This document shows, piece after piece, positions 45,801 through 56,678 of a DNA stretch of 64,000 nt. The DNA lies in contig NMRA01000468.1 of assembly GCA_002633005.1 (NCBI GenBank), forward strand, positions 124,001-188,000, read 5' to 3'. Both the position numbers and the translations under genes were made by a program. The stretch is from Phoronis australis (lineage: Eukaryota; Animalia; Phoronida). The notes under the pieces are model-generated. The model was not told where the DNA came from. It did not search any database and saw only the letters and a list, made by a program, of their open reading frames with translations. Numbering within the stretch: position 1 is the first letter of the stretch; each line of letters begins with the position of its first letter.

Positions 45801-48800
45801 CCCCCCATTCGGTGCTATGCGCATCTACAATCGTGGTTTAGTTTGCGCAAATGCTTACAGCCGGACAAAATGTTGACCCCCCCTTGTGATATCCTAGATC
45901 CGCCACTGATCACTCTTTACTGTTGATTATCTACAGATAACTTGACTGAATGATTAGCAAGTCTATGGCTTCATTGGTGACTTACTTTGAATGCAAACTT
46001 CTTGTTAATACTGTCTTCTGACAAACAAGGGTTGATTTTGTAACTGGGCAGTAAAATGGAGCCAAGGGTGTGCTGTTCATCAGGACCTGAAAAATAAGAG
46101 ATATGGTGTGATGCACTGTGCATTTCAGTGAGAGACTCGGACACCAGGTGGTGCTACTGAGGAGGGTCCTCTCTTTATTACCTATACAAAGAGAGGACTG
46201 AAAGATGTTCCTTGGCACAGATCCATTCATGGGATACGAGTCCCATGAGACTTGAATGGATGCTCAATAGTGACACCTAGAGGACGTTAAGCTCCTCACC
46301 AGCTTGAGTTGCGTTTAATGTCTATGTAACAGTATATTCAATGAAAGACTGGGATACATCTCTCAGTAGGTCTGTTTTAGAAATAACACTCCTGACCTAA
46401 CTTCGATTCTTATAGCCCCCATCTGCACCAGTGTCTCCCACCAACCTGTACTTTTGTGACATCTATCATCAAATATCACTTGTCAGTATTGAAACACTGG
46501 CCCAACCCACTCTACTCACCTTTGTAGTAAAACAGACAGAAGTCGGAGAGGACAAACCAGCGTTTCTTCCAAGACTTGAGACCAGTACTGTCCTGTTTTT
46601 GAAGCCAACCCCTCATAGATACTGGAGATCGCTCACTCCGTTTGGCCGACGGGGTCCGGTCCAACACTCTTTAAGAAGTAAACATTAAACAATCAAAATA
46701 AACAAGAAAACATCTGTATTAATAAGCATACTTTCAAGTCTAAGAATAAACTATATTGAATAATAACTCAATTTTTGTGGTAGTTACTGTAACGTCACCG
46801 ACAGTAAAATCACTAGGAAAACAATAGTTTGGTTGGTAGGGGAAGGATTACGTTATTATCTGCAAAAACTATATCGTAATTATTTCTTACTGATTTCAAA
46901 TAAAAAATTAAACTAATCCTAAAACATGAGAAGAGAATAAAACTTTTAGAATATAACTCTTACTTATGTTTGCCGGATCCTCTTCTGTAGCGACTTGGAC
47001 GCTTTGACTTGGCACTAGGTGGCGTTTTAGTAGAGCTGGGTGATGTAGGACTAGATGGGGACGGGGCCTCCTTGTTTCGTGTCTCTCTCCTGCCCAGCAC
47101 AGGACCAGACGGGGAACCCTGACTCCCCATGGGAGATAAATCCTGCCCACTCACAGGCGATGAACTTTGTTGTTGGGGTGACAAACGGGGCTCTGGAGGA
47201 CCACTGTGGCTAACATCCAAATGGTGTGGTCGTGGTGGGCCATTGTAGTTTGGCATTGGGTGAGTGGGCACTCTATTACTAGGTAACCTGTCTTGTGGAC
47301 CATGGCTGCCTGGGGGTCCATATGGCATTGGCAGATAGTTGTTGCTTGGTGCATGTTGGGATCCAGCTGGAGCAGGATACTGGTGATGGTGATAACCTTC
47401 ATCTGGCCTAAGATTGTCGCTGTGGGGAGGAGGTTGTTGTCGGTCACCAGGCCTCAAGGGACCATTGGGTACCCTTTGAGGTATCATCTCTTCAAGCCTG
47501 GTGCTGTCGCTAGGGCTCCTATGTGTTGGACCAACAGGCATCTGCCGATGCGGCAGCATGCCTTCTGGTCGACTGGTACCATCATGGTGACTTAGTGGTC
47601 TTGCACCATCAGGCCGGCTCATTCCATCCTGAGGTCCACTTGGCCTCAAACCTTGACCTCTGTACGGTACAGAAGTGTCGGGTCTCCCACTCCCATCATA
47701 GCCACTGTGTGGTCTGGCAATACCACCCTGATGATCATGCGGTCTCTTTGCATCCATAAGTTTGCCACCATGAGGTTCCCTGACATTTTGTAAGCCTAGA
47801 TGTGGACTTCTGTTATCCTGGTGCCCATGTTGCTTGGGATGAAGAGCCGGTGGTGTGAGATGATCTGAAGCCACAGCTGACTGCGGACCATGACCAGACT
47901 GCTGCGGTGGACTGAAACAGAAATTACAAGAGGTGCCAGATGGTAAATGATGGACATGTATATAAAATTAGACATTACTGGGAAAAATGAATTTCAATAG
48001 CAAAATAAAAGTGCAGCTCTTTTTGGAATAATTAGAAAATTGGCCGAGATACATGCACCTAAGACTGAATAAATAAAATTAACAAATCTGCACACACCAG
48101 ATGCACAAATTATTTCACGTATGGACTAATTAATGTCAAGTGTATTACTGAGGCTAAGATTAACCCTATTACACAAAAGCGCCCAGTGATGATCCATGAG
48201 CATGAGCTAATGAATTTTAATTTTATACTAGTGCTTGTTTTGATAAGTATAACATCAAGGAAGCATCTTCCGTGAAGTGAAGTCATTTATATATATTCAC
48301 CTACTACGCATTGTTTTCCACTCACACTACATTCCCTCTCTTTCATGCACTGAAGAGACAATTATATGCTGTTGCACAGAGAACAAGTGAAACCTGGGAT
48401 CCATTCCATATTGTTATCTTTTTGCGAGGACATCACGAAAGATCATGCAAGTGAAATGGTGCATTCAACTTGACTACCGTACAGTATTATAATGTTGAAA
48501 TTCTAGTGATTTGTCCTCGAGGCTAAATCTTTGAAAAATGGAGGAAAGTTCACATGGCAAGATTTTCTACCACCAGTGGCTCACAAGTGTCTTGCGTTAT
48601 AGAACACGGCCTAGGATTCAAACACAAACCAAACCACTGTGCCATATTGTCCTGCTTTATGGTTTATACAGAGCAAAGAATTTTAATAGTCTGACATCTA
48701 GACAATGTTTACGATAATGACAAAAATGCCTCTGCAGTGCAGTAAATTTTTAATTCCATTGATGCAGTGCCCATGTGGTAATAGAAGCACACATCTTCTT

Positions 48801-50259
48801 GTAACTGAGCAACAGTTAGTCACACGCAGCTCAACAGTGTCTGTCTCGCAACATACAGTGATATTGCATGGCTTACATCAACATTCACCTCAAACAAGCA
48901 GACCACACAGTTTAATCCTTGCGACATTACAAATGTCACAAATGAGGGAAAGGCAAACAAAAAATTGGCTGCTGACCTTTTATCGCAAATTGATTGTTTA
49001 GCGGTTCCTTTACATCTATGAAATGCCTGCTTGAAACTTAGTCATCCCATGCTTCTTAACTGGGGGGGTTACTTCACTATTCTGACACTATTGATCCTGT
49101 GGGATTGGAATTTGGATACTACTCCTTTAGCGCACCAAAATGACTCTTACCCTCAAGACTCAGAACAGAGTCAGAAGCTTTACAGAAACAGACTATGGTA
49201 AAGAATTTCTTTGTAGACTTTTACTTCCCAAAATGAGTTCTTTTATGGAAATATAGTCAGAATGCATCATTTTGTTAGGAGTTTGTCAAGAAAAGACACA
49301 GTTTGGAACTAAACCCAATGCATGCGCCACCCATTAAAAACACCCCCAGCCTTGGGTATCAACAGTGTAACTCATCCTGGAAAAACTAAGGTGCTTACAA
49401 ATCCTAACAGCAAATACTAAAGAAGAAAACTATTCTTTGGGCTAGCGCATGTTGTACTGCAATCCAGGTATTCTGACACACCCATGGCTTGAAATGTTAC
49501 ATTTGCAATTGAAATGAAATAGAGCGTTACAACCTGCACTAGACATATCAATCAAAATTCACTCTATCAGTTTCCACTCATTAATGAAATGCCTTTTGGC
49601 ATATTTTGTTATAGTCAATTGCTCTACTTACTATCCCGAAACAACTGCAATGTGACTATTTCACAGGGTCTACGTAATCACAGCACAGGCACAGATGCAG
49701 AGTCCGGAGTAACAATCTCTCCCCCCCCCCCCACACATTCAATCGCTTTTGCACTGTACTATGATAATCTAAAGTGGTCTTTATGTTTGTCTCTTGTTGA
49801 ACACCTCTCATCATAGACTGAAGTCATGTTTGCAGTAATGCTCACCTAATGAGGTCACAAATCTTCAAGATCAGCGATGAACGTCCACAAAATATGTCAA
49901 CAAACACATTTCACTTTCGCCACTACAGTAAAATCTCACCAATTTTGAACAAAAGTAATCATCAAAAAAACTTTCCATTTTTCAAAAGCTTCTAAGATTC
50001 TTGTAAACGTTTGAAATTTTTCAAAATATTATTTGGTGGTAGCCAAGAACATGTAAAAACATTACTTTACTGCTAAATGTCTTTCACGAAAATGTCAAAA
50101 AAAAATTTCACTCGTCCACCATATTGCACCATAAATTAGTGAGACCTTACCATATACCCTTTCAGTGCCGACACATACCTCGTTTCGTTGGCGTTCCTCT
50201 CAGTAGCTGTTGCCTCCAGTGTGATAGGATGGACAAATGAGGTCTGTCGAGATATGTGA
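18810..50259 (-). CDS. PLEKHA5/6/7-like: Pleckstrin homology domain-containing family A member 5/6/7-like (Drosophila kramer-like) WW-PH-coiled-coil scaffold; 5' end not found in the window
   Basis: Exons on the minus strand: 50179-50259, 46964-47911, 46520-46668, 45986-46086, 45275-45384, 40546-41428, 38923-38989, [38113-38173, 37278-37888], 36876-36946, 35395-35487, 35094-35221, 34673-34853, 33899-34033, 33191-33271, 32274-32426, 31360-31467, 30921-31065, 29781-29891, 28466-28659, 27116-27379, 25418-25510, 24787-24920, 23521-23669, 18810-18874. All GT-AG and phase-consistent. Family motifs: GWLQKQDSTGLKSWKKRWFVLSDFCLFYYK, LGSILLPSY, RTYYFAA, LLGKSHEELVLLLIELRR, KVLIPERY...ERIRKML. Confidence 0.9.
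20231..20464. repeat. 61-bp tandem repeat, about 3.8 identical copies
   Basis: AAGCAAGATTTGATGTAGCATTCCCTGCTCAACACTGGTGTGCTCTGCTAGTGGAATGATT starting at 20231, 20292, 20353 and 20414; truncated at N 20465. Confidence 0.95.
20466..20809 (+). repeat. Diverged direct duplicate of 19957-20291 (probable alternate haplotype)
   Basis: Starts immediately after a single N, repeats the preceding segment with SNPs and small indels, and carries only one 61-bp unit. Confidence 0.8.
22149..22234 (-). CDS. Putative alternative terminal exon A of the PLEKHA-like gene
   Basis: aacAG acceptor in phase 1; EASKNPDVKTTSALPYQPDAFVIQDVFL*; AATAAA downstream at 21368-21373. Confidence 0.45.
23521..23669 (-). CDS. 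PLEKHA-like penultimate coding exon
   Basis: SLQEF...EEKKRREMVLELRHNLAREVTMKSKDMA, tttcAG / GTGAGT. Confidence 0.88.
24377..24708. mobile_element. Putative MITE
   Basis: 13-bp perfect inverted termini AGTTTGGGACAGT / ACTGTCCCAAACT around an AT-rich interior; no clear TSD. Confidence 0.45.
24787..24920 (-). CDS. PLEKHA-like exon: conserved C-terminal motif
   Basis: LLGPEKVLIPERYQPE...LTAEEKVERKEKAERIRKMLS matches the PLEKHA5/6/7 IPERY...ERI motif. Confidence 0.92.
25229..25408. repeat. 11-bp minisatellite (ACTGATGTAGG-like)
   Basis: About 16 degenerate units next to the donor of exon 25418-25510. Confidence 0.9.
25418..25510 (-). CDS. PLEKHA-like exon
   Basis: RSKDDQDTPS...DEWTIDRE, tacAG / GTGAGT. 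Confidence 0.8.
27116..27379 (-). CDS. PLEKHA-like exon
   Basis: ASQLSAAERLLGRR...RYMTISSS..., gttAG / GTATGT. Confidence 0.82.
28162..28268. mobile_element. About 105-bp hairpin interspersed repeat, copy 2
   Basis: Colinear with 6363-6468 (CAATAGTCG...GAACCAGTTTGATG...TTCTCAAAAT...TTATATCTGACCATTA). Confidence 0.7.
28466..28659 (-). CDS. PLEKHA-like exon
   Basis: SLIPKDKPRAQTVRDVKQKNERKRQ..., phase 1 to 0. Confidence 0.82.
29781..29891 (-). CDS. PLEKHA-like exon
   Basis: GGLPSTYNETDLDSMETK..., phase 1-1. Confidence 0.8.
30399..30889. mobile_element. hAT-like MITE, copy 1, 6-bp TSD
   Basis: TIRs CAGGGCTTGGAAT / ATTCCAAGCCTTG; TTAGTT duplicated on both sides; colinear with 42078-42595. Confidence 0.88.
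30921..31065 (-). CDS. PLEKHA-like exon: coiled coil
   Basis: SSEKLRAKMRLEKEVDSVAHVMDGLSKQGQQLS... Confidence 0.87.
31360..31467 (-). CDS. PLEKHA-like exon: coiled coil
   Basis: KLEEVAAENAKVEHEVMMLRSKV... Confidence 0.85.
32274..32426 (-). CDS. PLEKHA-like exon: coiled coil
   Basis: DMLEKALSEV...RSLERELQRVRMQLAHDSQ. Confidence 0.87.
33191..33271 (-). CDS. PLEKHA-like exon: coiled coil
   Basis: EKQKRLIELDKELQQMSHSVSSLQEDK. Confidence 0.85.
33899..34033 (-). CDS. PLEKHA-like exon
   Basis: HVLKPDQYTPPKKMIEFSRQHQE...EEASLE, phase 0-0. Confidence 0.8.
34673..34853 (-). CDS. PLEKHA-like exon: coiled coil
   Basis: ...LDDLEKQLEVHKPMVNLVDNMVKMGSLYGG... Confidence 0.88.
35094..35221 (-). CDS. PLEKHA-like exon: coiled coil
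   Basis: HEELVLLLIELRRKQSSLE... Confidence 0.88.
35395..35487 (-). CDS. PLEKHA-like exon
   Basis: ...HRLSITAEDLLGKS, a family-conserved motif. Confidence 0.85.
36374..36525. repeat. 15-bp minisatellite (TTTTGAACATGACTG), about 10 copies
   Basis: Direct inspection; source of the FEHDC / VMFKT / NMTVL pseudo-ORFs. Confidence 0.95.
36876..36946 (-). CDS. PLEKHA-like exon
   Basis: GGARSNHPIQTVREDPSMPESQ(VV), tttAG / GTATGT (alternative donor gives end 36882), phase 1 to 0. Confidence 0.65.
37278..37888 (-). CDS. Putative PLEKHA-like large cassette exon
   Basis: 203-codon open frame in AT-rich intron context; gaAG acceptor, G|GTTAGT donor, phase 2 to 1. Confidence 0.6.
38113..38173 (-). CDS. 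Putative PLEKHA-like cassette exon
   Basis: ttccAG / GTAAGA, VNIHNCNAVAFNELSRGKVL, phase 1 to 2, which links into the 37888 exon. Confidence 0.45.
38923..38989 (-). CDS. PLEKHA-like exon
   Basis: DQKGDVARRQEGGRDPHSRHQP, attAG / GTAAGT, phase 0 to 1. Confidence 0.7.
39350..39735. repeat. Degenerate 29-31-bp minisatellite (TTGTGTCTGATTGGTCRATGTCATCATC)
   Basis: About 13 units, most carrying ATTGG (a reverse CCAAT). Confidence 0.85.
40546..41428 (-). CDS. PLEKHA-like exon: proline-rich disordered region (alternative donor gives end 40531)
   Basis: Core of the 370-aa ORF; ttgcAG acceptor; two in-frame donors 15 nt apart (GTAAGT, GTGAGT). Confidence 0.85.
42078..42595. mobile_element. hAT-like MITE, copy 2, 6-bp TSD
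   Basis: Perfect TIRs CAGGGCTTGGAAT / ATTCCAAGCCCTG; AACTAT duplicated on both sides. Confidence 0.9.
43379..43538. mobile_element. Small hAT-like MITE, 8-bp TSD
   Basis: TIRs CAGTGCTG(C/T)AG; flanks TTTACATC / GTTACATC (1 mismatch). Confidence 0.7.
45275..45384 (-). CDS. PLEKHA-like exon: PH domain C-terminus
   Basis: AQHANMRTYYFAADSQEDMKKWMNAMSLAS. Confidence 0.95.
45603..45908. mobile_element. Right part of a MITE with an internal tRNA-like fragment (left part in the gap)
   Basis: Ends in CCTAGATCCGCCACTG (same CAGTGGCGGATC-type terminus as the 4865 element); TGGTAA...GAGTTCGAGTC tRNA-like boxes at 45603-45647. Confidence 0.5.
45986..46086 (-). CDS. PLEKHA-like exon: PH domain middle
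   Basis: GPDEQHTLGSILLPSYKINPCLSEDSINKKFAFK. Confidence 0.95.
46520..46668 (-). CDS. PLEKHA-like exon: PH domain N-terminus
   Basis: KRSERSPVSMRGWLQKQDSTGLKSWKKRWFVLSDFCLFYYK|G. Confidence 0.95.
46964..47911 (-). CDS. PLEKHA-like exon: 948-nt P/H/G/S-rich disordered linker
   Basis: Contains the 304-aa ORF; tttcAG acceptor and AA|GTAAGA donor, in phase with both neighbours. Confidence 0.85.
50179..50259 (-). CDS. PLEKHA-like exon: C-terminal half of the second WW domain
   Basis: xHISRQTSFVHPITLE resembles the DH...TxFxHPVT end of WW2 in PLEKHA5/7; ttttcAG / GTATGT. Confidence 0.75.
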
Positions 50260-50900
50260 CTGAAAAGAAATGACACTTTGACAGTCAAGACTGTAGATGA
50301 AAAATCCCAGAGCCTTGTGTCATTGTAAGACTCTCGGCAATAATGGAGACTTCAAATGGGCATTTTCCGTGCGGCGTCAAGGTCTTTCATATGAAATGAG
50401 TTACCCAAATTCAATCTATCTCCCCCCCTCCCCAGTACTTACAGTTGTAAGGAGCGCAGAACCACATATTTTTATTAAGTTAGTGTTTTTAATCTATCTT
50501 CGCATAATATGATAATTTTTTTCAGTTTGAAACATGACATGGCAGAAGGCGGACTTTCATTTGCTCGTGTTTCTCAACAAAAATAACTTTTCAGGAAAAT
50601 CTGCTTTTCTTTTAGCATGGTTTGTATGGAGCAGCTAATATCAAACAACATTTGGTAAAATTTTCAGCATTTGCAACAATATGATAAGCCATTGAAAAAT
50701 AGAAGTAAAGCAATTTTAGCAGCTATTTTGTCCATAATTGAAGAATTCTTAACGTAATCCTGGATATTGTGTATATTGTATTGCAACTAATCAAAGCCTT
50801 TTGGTATCAAGAAAATGTGCTATGTATTGAAATAAGAGTTACAATATACAAATCAACATTGACAATGTAATATTAAGTACTATTAATAACGTAAATAAAT

Positions 50901-51800
50901 ATAGATTATTACATGGCGAAGTCGTTATCCCCCGTTATCTAGAGCACGAGTGGATTTTGGAGAATTATCGCCCGAGGGGCGTCAGCCCCGAGGGTGATAA
51001 TTCTCCAAAATCCACGAGGGCTCTAGATAAGGGGGATAACGGCTGAGAACATGTAATAATCTATTTATACCACATACTAAACGAGAAACATTGCAATGAA
51101 TCGATTTACCTTTTCTGACTCTCCACAGCTTTGTAACTACATTCTATGTCAGAGGCCCGGGGTCGGAGGTCGTGACCTTTTTAGAAAAGCCCGGTTATTT
51201 TTGTCAAATATTGCTTTTACTCAAAACCAATTGAAAACTTAAACATTATAGCAAGGAGTACACTCCTTGATTATAGAAATAAATTGAATTTATAAATTAA
51301 GGTTTACCAACTATTATAGCTTAAAACACTTTTTTTTGTTCACGCTAAGCTTCGACCGGGAAATTATCGTCTGCTAAAGTAGGTTACCACTGGTAACTGA
51401 ATATAATTCTCAAGTCAAAGATCGTGACGACACGATACCCGCATTCAAACTAGAGATCGGTGATTTACAAGTAAGAAGACATGAGAGAAAAATTTCACGG
51501 AATTAAGATATCATTTTTATGGAAATTATGTGTCTTATTTTCCGTAACGTATAAGCACAGTACAATGCGGTTTGTTGAACGTGCGATTATTGCGCGTGCT
51601 CATTTAAGTATTCTATTTTCACTATTGATGACGTCAGTCGCTGCGTGGTGTAGTGGTAAAGTCGGCGACCAGCAATATTAGGGTCCCGGGTTCGACCCCG
51701 TCCTCGGTTTCCCGCCAAATCGTTATCTCACTAGTGAGATAACTTTATGGGTTATTACACGGTTGTATCTGCCATTTGACGCTAATATCGTGGTATAAAT
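50901..51800. mobile_element. Non-autonomous hairpin-headed element with an internal tRNA-like cassette
   Basis: 164-bp fold-back 50901-51064; ATTTATACCAC (51063-73) inverted against GTGGTATAAAT (51790-800); A-box TGGTGTAGTGG (51646-56) and B-box GGTTCGACCCC (51689-99); 22-bp palindrome at 51722-43. Confidence 0.7.
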
Positions 51801-53936
51801 TACAATATCATATTATCATATTCCTCATAAAAAGTGTGACCTTATCAAAACAAAAATGTAGGGATTTAACATTGTACCAATACCATAAGCAGTTAAAAAT
51901 CCTACACTGCTCACAACAGAGGTCACTTCTGCAGGATGGCCCCTGTGCTCAACTTGCAAGAGAAAACAAATACAGTAGTCTGACCGCAGTACAGTGGTCA
52001 CATATCATAGATGACATTTTAAAACCACAAGATGTAACCAGGGTAACGGGTTTTCTGTACAACCAGAAAAATTGTAAAAATGGAAGAATTTGGGAGATAT
52101 CTGCATGCTTTACAAGTGAAACACATCTGCATACCACTGAGGCTTCTCTGACAGAATGAAGCCTACGCCACACTCATTGTACTAGATGATATCAGGTCAA
52201 TACAGGAAATACTTGACACTCAAGGAGGGGATATCACTCAATAAGTAAACATACAAGTACCACACTATCATGTCATATTACAATTTTGATTACTGTCTTC
52301 CCAGCAGTGGACAGTTATTTGAACTTAAACAGCACTTTTCACAGGAAGTCACAGTAAACAAAATTCAAACTTTGATGTACTCACTTTGCACAAATGTGTA
52401 ATACAACATCAGAGCACATTTTGATTAAGCCTAAATGAGCGCAATGGGCATACCCAATACTTGTACAGTTCTCATAAAGTTTATACTGTTTGTCATTACA
52501 ATGAAAGGCCATAGACAACGTGACTAGCTGTCTTCTATTTTATGTCACTAAATAAAATGAATTACTAATAAAATTTTGCTCAGCTTTTCTCCATGTAACA
52601 AAATGTCAGTCGAAATGTTTATCTTTGATGTAAAGACGAACTTCAATTGATCTTCATAATGGCCCCTATCATATTACTGCTATAACTGGTCGTCATCAGT
52701 GTCCAAACCCCTTGTTATCAAATTTCCACTCCCTCAGCGGCTGGCATACTATCACCAAGTCATTTCCTACACTGGCAAAAATTATTGAAACTTGCATATC
52801 ATATGCCCTGCTCTTCTGAGATTCACCCAATGAAGAAAAGAGCAACTTCAATGGATTATTTCATTTAAAAATAGGATTGTCACAAGACGTTGCACATAAT
52901 CCGTTAATTCCATAAACTCGTTCTTCAAACAATAGCCTCCAGTCACCACTTAAATTAATTTCATTCAAAACTTTTTCTAAAGTGCATCCAAAACTTGCCA
53001 GTCGAGATTTGAATTCGGCCATATTAAATAAACCCGGGCAAGAATTCAGACAACATGCATCAATGGAACTAACCTATCAGACAGGAGGGAGACATCAGGT
53101 CATTAAGAACTGAACCATTTACTACACCTGTTGATTACATTTGAAACTGATACCCAGGTATGTACCTGAAAACTTGAGAAATACACAGCACCAAAAATGT
53201 CTGCGTGCTTTTACACACTTTCACACCATACTGTGATATTTCGTGAATGCCAACAATTTATATTAAACCCTCCTGCGCCACCTGTGACCAAAGCTGACCA
53301 ACAATCCTAATATCTACAGCAAAACATCAAATTTTCAATCATCAACATCAAATCAAAATGTGATCAGTGTGCGCCTTCCACATAAAAGTGGGAAATGGAG
53401 AAGAAGTCTCCAGGTAATATCTCTATTGCTATTTTACATTACTCACCATATGAGTGAGTCACAACAAACCAAGGACCCAGAGTATAACATTGTAACTTAA
53501 CAGGTTTCCTTTTCATTGGTTGAGAATGCTCAGAATACCATGAGACTTGCTGGTAGAGTAAACCACTTATAGGTGGGGAATTGGGATTTCAGAGTTTACC
53601 ACAAGGACAGGAAATACTTTCAAACAAAGCTTCTAGGGCTATTCATGCACATTATGACCAACACTATCAATATGAATGTTAATAAATGAAATCACAACAC
53701 TGCTCTACTGACCACAAGAGAGGTAGTTATATCAGACTAGTACCCAGCAGACTATGATAACATAATATGGAAGAAAAAGAAAATTTTATTCCGACGGATA
53801 ATTCAACCGATATATCAATGAAAAGAAATTTTTGCTGGAAAGTCATTAAAATTTGCACTCTAAAGCGATTGCAAATTGCAGAATAAACAAAGTTGGTTAA
53901 GGTTATCCATCTGTTTTTTTATTTATATTTAATTGC

Positions 53937-54116
53937 ATACTCCCTCACCACAATTGGCCAGGAGATACTCCCTCACTACAACTGGCCAGTAGATACTCCC
54001 TCACCACAACTGGACAGGAGATACTCCCTCACTACAACTGGCCAGTAGATACTCCCTCACCACAACTGGACAGGAGATACTCCCTCACCACACCAGGCCA
54101 GGAGATACTCTCACCA
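53937..54116. repeat. 28-bp minisatellite with a 56-bp dimer pattern, about 6.5 units
   Basis: GATACTCCCTCACCACAACTGGACAGGA alternating with GATACTCCCTCACTACAACTGGCCAGTA. Confidence 0.92.
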
Positions 54117-54618
54117 TAAAACCATGGTACACTATGCACACTTGCAAACCTTCGAAAAACTGAAATTTGACATATTTCGTGAAACTGAAGAAACTTTAGG
54201 GTAATCAAAATCTTTCCATTGGCAGTTAGTTCTACTGAGGATGTGACAACAATTCCGCAATACATAACTGACAATTGATGATGCATTGGTCACATCTAGG
54301 ACTTCATAGAACTAGAATACATTTACCATCAAAATATAAGTCTGTTACACCCATTCACCAAAGAAACATGCGATTTGATACAGGCCAACTGGTGTTTTAG
54401 GCCAAATAACTCAGTCACATAGTACTTCTTCAAAAACAGGAATATTAAGTTTCCAATCCTTTCAATTTGAATCACAAAAATGTTAATTTTCATCAAATTT
54501 TTAAATTTCTCACACCAGATGTAGATGTCCTTTCGTTCCTCACCGTGTGCGAGATGAAAAATATGATACAGGAAGAGCAACATTAAACATAGATTAAGAA
54601 AACTTCAGTCTATTATGG

Positions 54619-54963
54619 TCTTGATTTGCAGTGTGTAGATGTCATAACTCAACATTTGGTAAAGATCTCTTGGTTTGCAGTGTGTAGATGTCATAACTCA
54701 ACATTTGGTAAAGGTCTCTTGGTTTGCAGTGTGTAGATGTCATAACTCAACATTTGGTAAAGATCTCTTGGTTTGCAGTGTGTAGATGTCATAACTCAAC
54801 ACTTGGTAAAGATCTCTTGGTTTGCAGTGTGTAGATGTCATAACACAACACTTGGTAAAGATCTCTTGGTTTGCAGTGTGTAGATGTCATAACTCAACAT
54901 TTGGTAAAGATCTCTTGGTTTGCAGTGTGTAGATGTCATAACTCAACATTTGGTAAAGATCTC
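54619..54963. repeat. 49-bp tandem repeat, 7 copies
   Basis: TCTTGGTTTGCAGTGTGTAGATGTCATAACTCAACATTTGGTAAAGATC, nearly identical, with no spacers. Confidence 0.96.
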
Positions 54964-56678
54964 GTTACATGCAATGAGGTAAACAGCCTTGGAAAACTGG
55001 AAAAATGAGAATTTTTTGCAATTACTTTTTGTGAGAAATAGGCGAAGTGTTATCGGAGATCTTTCTGCGAATCAAGCAGTTGTAATGTATCTGAAGAAAA
55101 ACTTCTGCAACAGCAACCATGGCCTTACTTACATGTTACACACTTCTTAGAGACAACTGACTATTTTTGATCAACTTGAAAACGGGGAAACTCTTCACAT
55201 AAAGGAAGGTAAATACTTCTCATTTTTATTAAAGCAGTAGAATTTTTATAGAGTTTTAGTTTTTATTTTGTCAAATTTGTCAAGAAAAATGAGCATGAAA
55301 AGTTAATATTACTTCATTATTTGCATGGATTGTACTTTATAGCAATCATAAAACAAACACCTAAAAATAACCATCTTAACAATAAAACCAATCTCTGAAA
55401 CTATAAAATTACATTCCAGGCAATCATTTTTATACGAAATTGAAGAGAAATTCAAAAAGTTTGAACTTAGAACACCAATGTGTCCATGTTGCCAAAGCAT
55501 TTTCTCTGTTTACTCCCAAACTTGTTATCAAAAGAACTTTGGTTATTGTTTATGACTTTAATGGTTACAAATAATAGTTTCTAAAGGACTAAAACAAAAG
55601 CCTGTAAACATTGCCGAACTATTAAACAGCTGTGTGTCATGTGACTGACTATCAAAATCAAGCCATGTCAACATACTCACCCCATCACATGTAGACCCCA
55701 TGTCAATCAAACAGCAGGGACACCAACTGATCACAGCATGTGACAACAACCGCCAGCACAAATGGTGCTAGCCATCATCCACATCAATGCATATTGCCAG
55801 ACAAAAGACATAAAAACCCACCAACAGGAGGCACTAAGTTCATTTCCCAACAGGAGAACCAAAGATCAAATAGATAAAGCTATTGCTCCAACCTAATTAT
55901 GGTAAAATCTACAAGACATGTTGTAGAGGCTAATAATTCCATGTAAAGAAATAAACAAAGACATTTGTTGTTTAGATAAAAACATGTTCCTCTTTTTTGC
56001 AGTTTGTTTACATCAAATGTGCCAGCTTTGACCTGCCTCTAAAGGGCATTTCACACCAACATGGAGGTGTTGATGTTTTGAGGAGTCGCGATGTTTTGTG
56101 GAGTGGCGGTTGTTAGGTATAGTTAACTGGATCCTGAAAGGTCCTGGATCAAAGTTTTAACTTAAAAGTCTGCAGTAAAGTAAGGTAGATTTCACACCAG
56201 AGTATCAATAGTTTGATGCGGTGTGAACGCTTACCTTTGGTATCCTCGGAGTTACTCCTTGGTGTCTGCCAATGACGGAACATATTATGGTATTACTTTT
56301 GAAATTTCGTTTGAAAAACATTCACCTTTCTACTAGTCGTCGACTACACACCCTTCATGTACTTTATTATCCAACCACATAATATACGACAAATCAAATT
56401 TGAGAAATACAACTGCATGACAATTTGGGAGCATCATCTTGCGATAACTTTGGTGACCCACACAACAACCTGCGAAAATTTCAGTGTCCAGTATCCATCA
56501 AAGATGGTTTGAAATGTTCAAATAATTTTGCAGTTTACATCGATGAGCTTTTGGTGCCGGAGTAAAGTTGGTATGACAAGTCCTTGACATCAAAACCTTC
56601 AACAACAAAAAAGCAACTAGGTAAAAGCTACATACCTGTACTCTTAGAAATTATTTCATTACACAGAATGGAAAAGAG

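Noticed and set aside
54619-54963. 49-bp repeat array as a CRISPR
   Set aside because: Units are contiguous with no unique spacers; there are no cas genes and the context is a eukaryotic intron.
55681-55701. MGSTCDG|GTGAGT as a myristoylated alternative first exon
   Set aside because: The donor is phase 0, incompatible with the phase-2 acceptors downstream.
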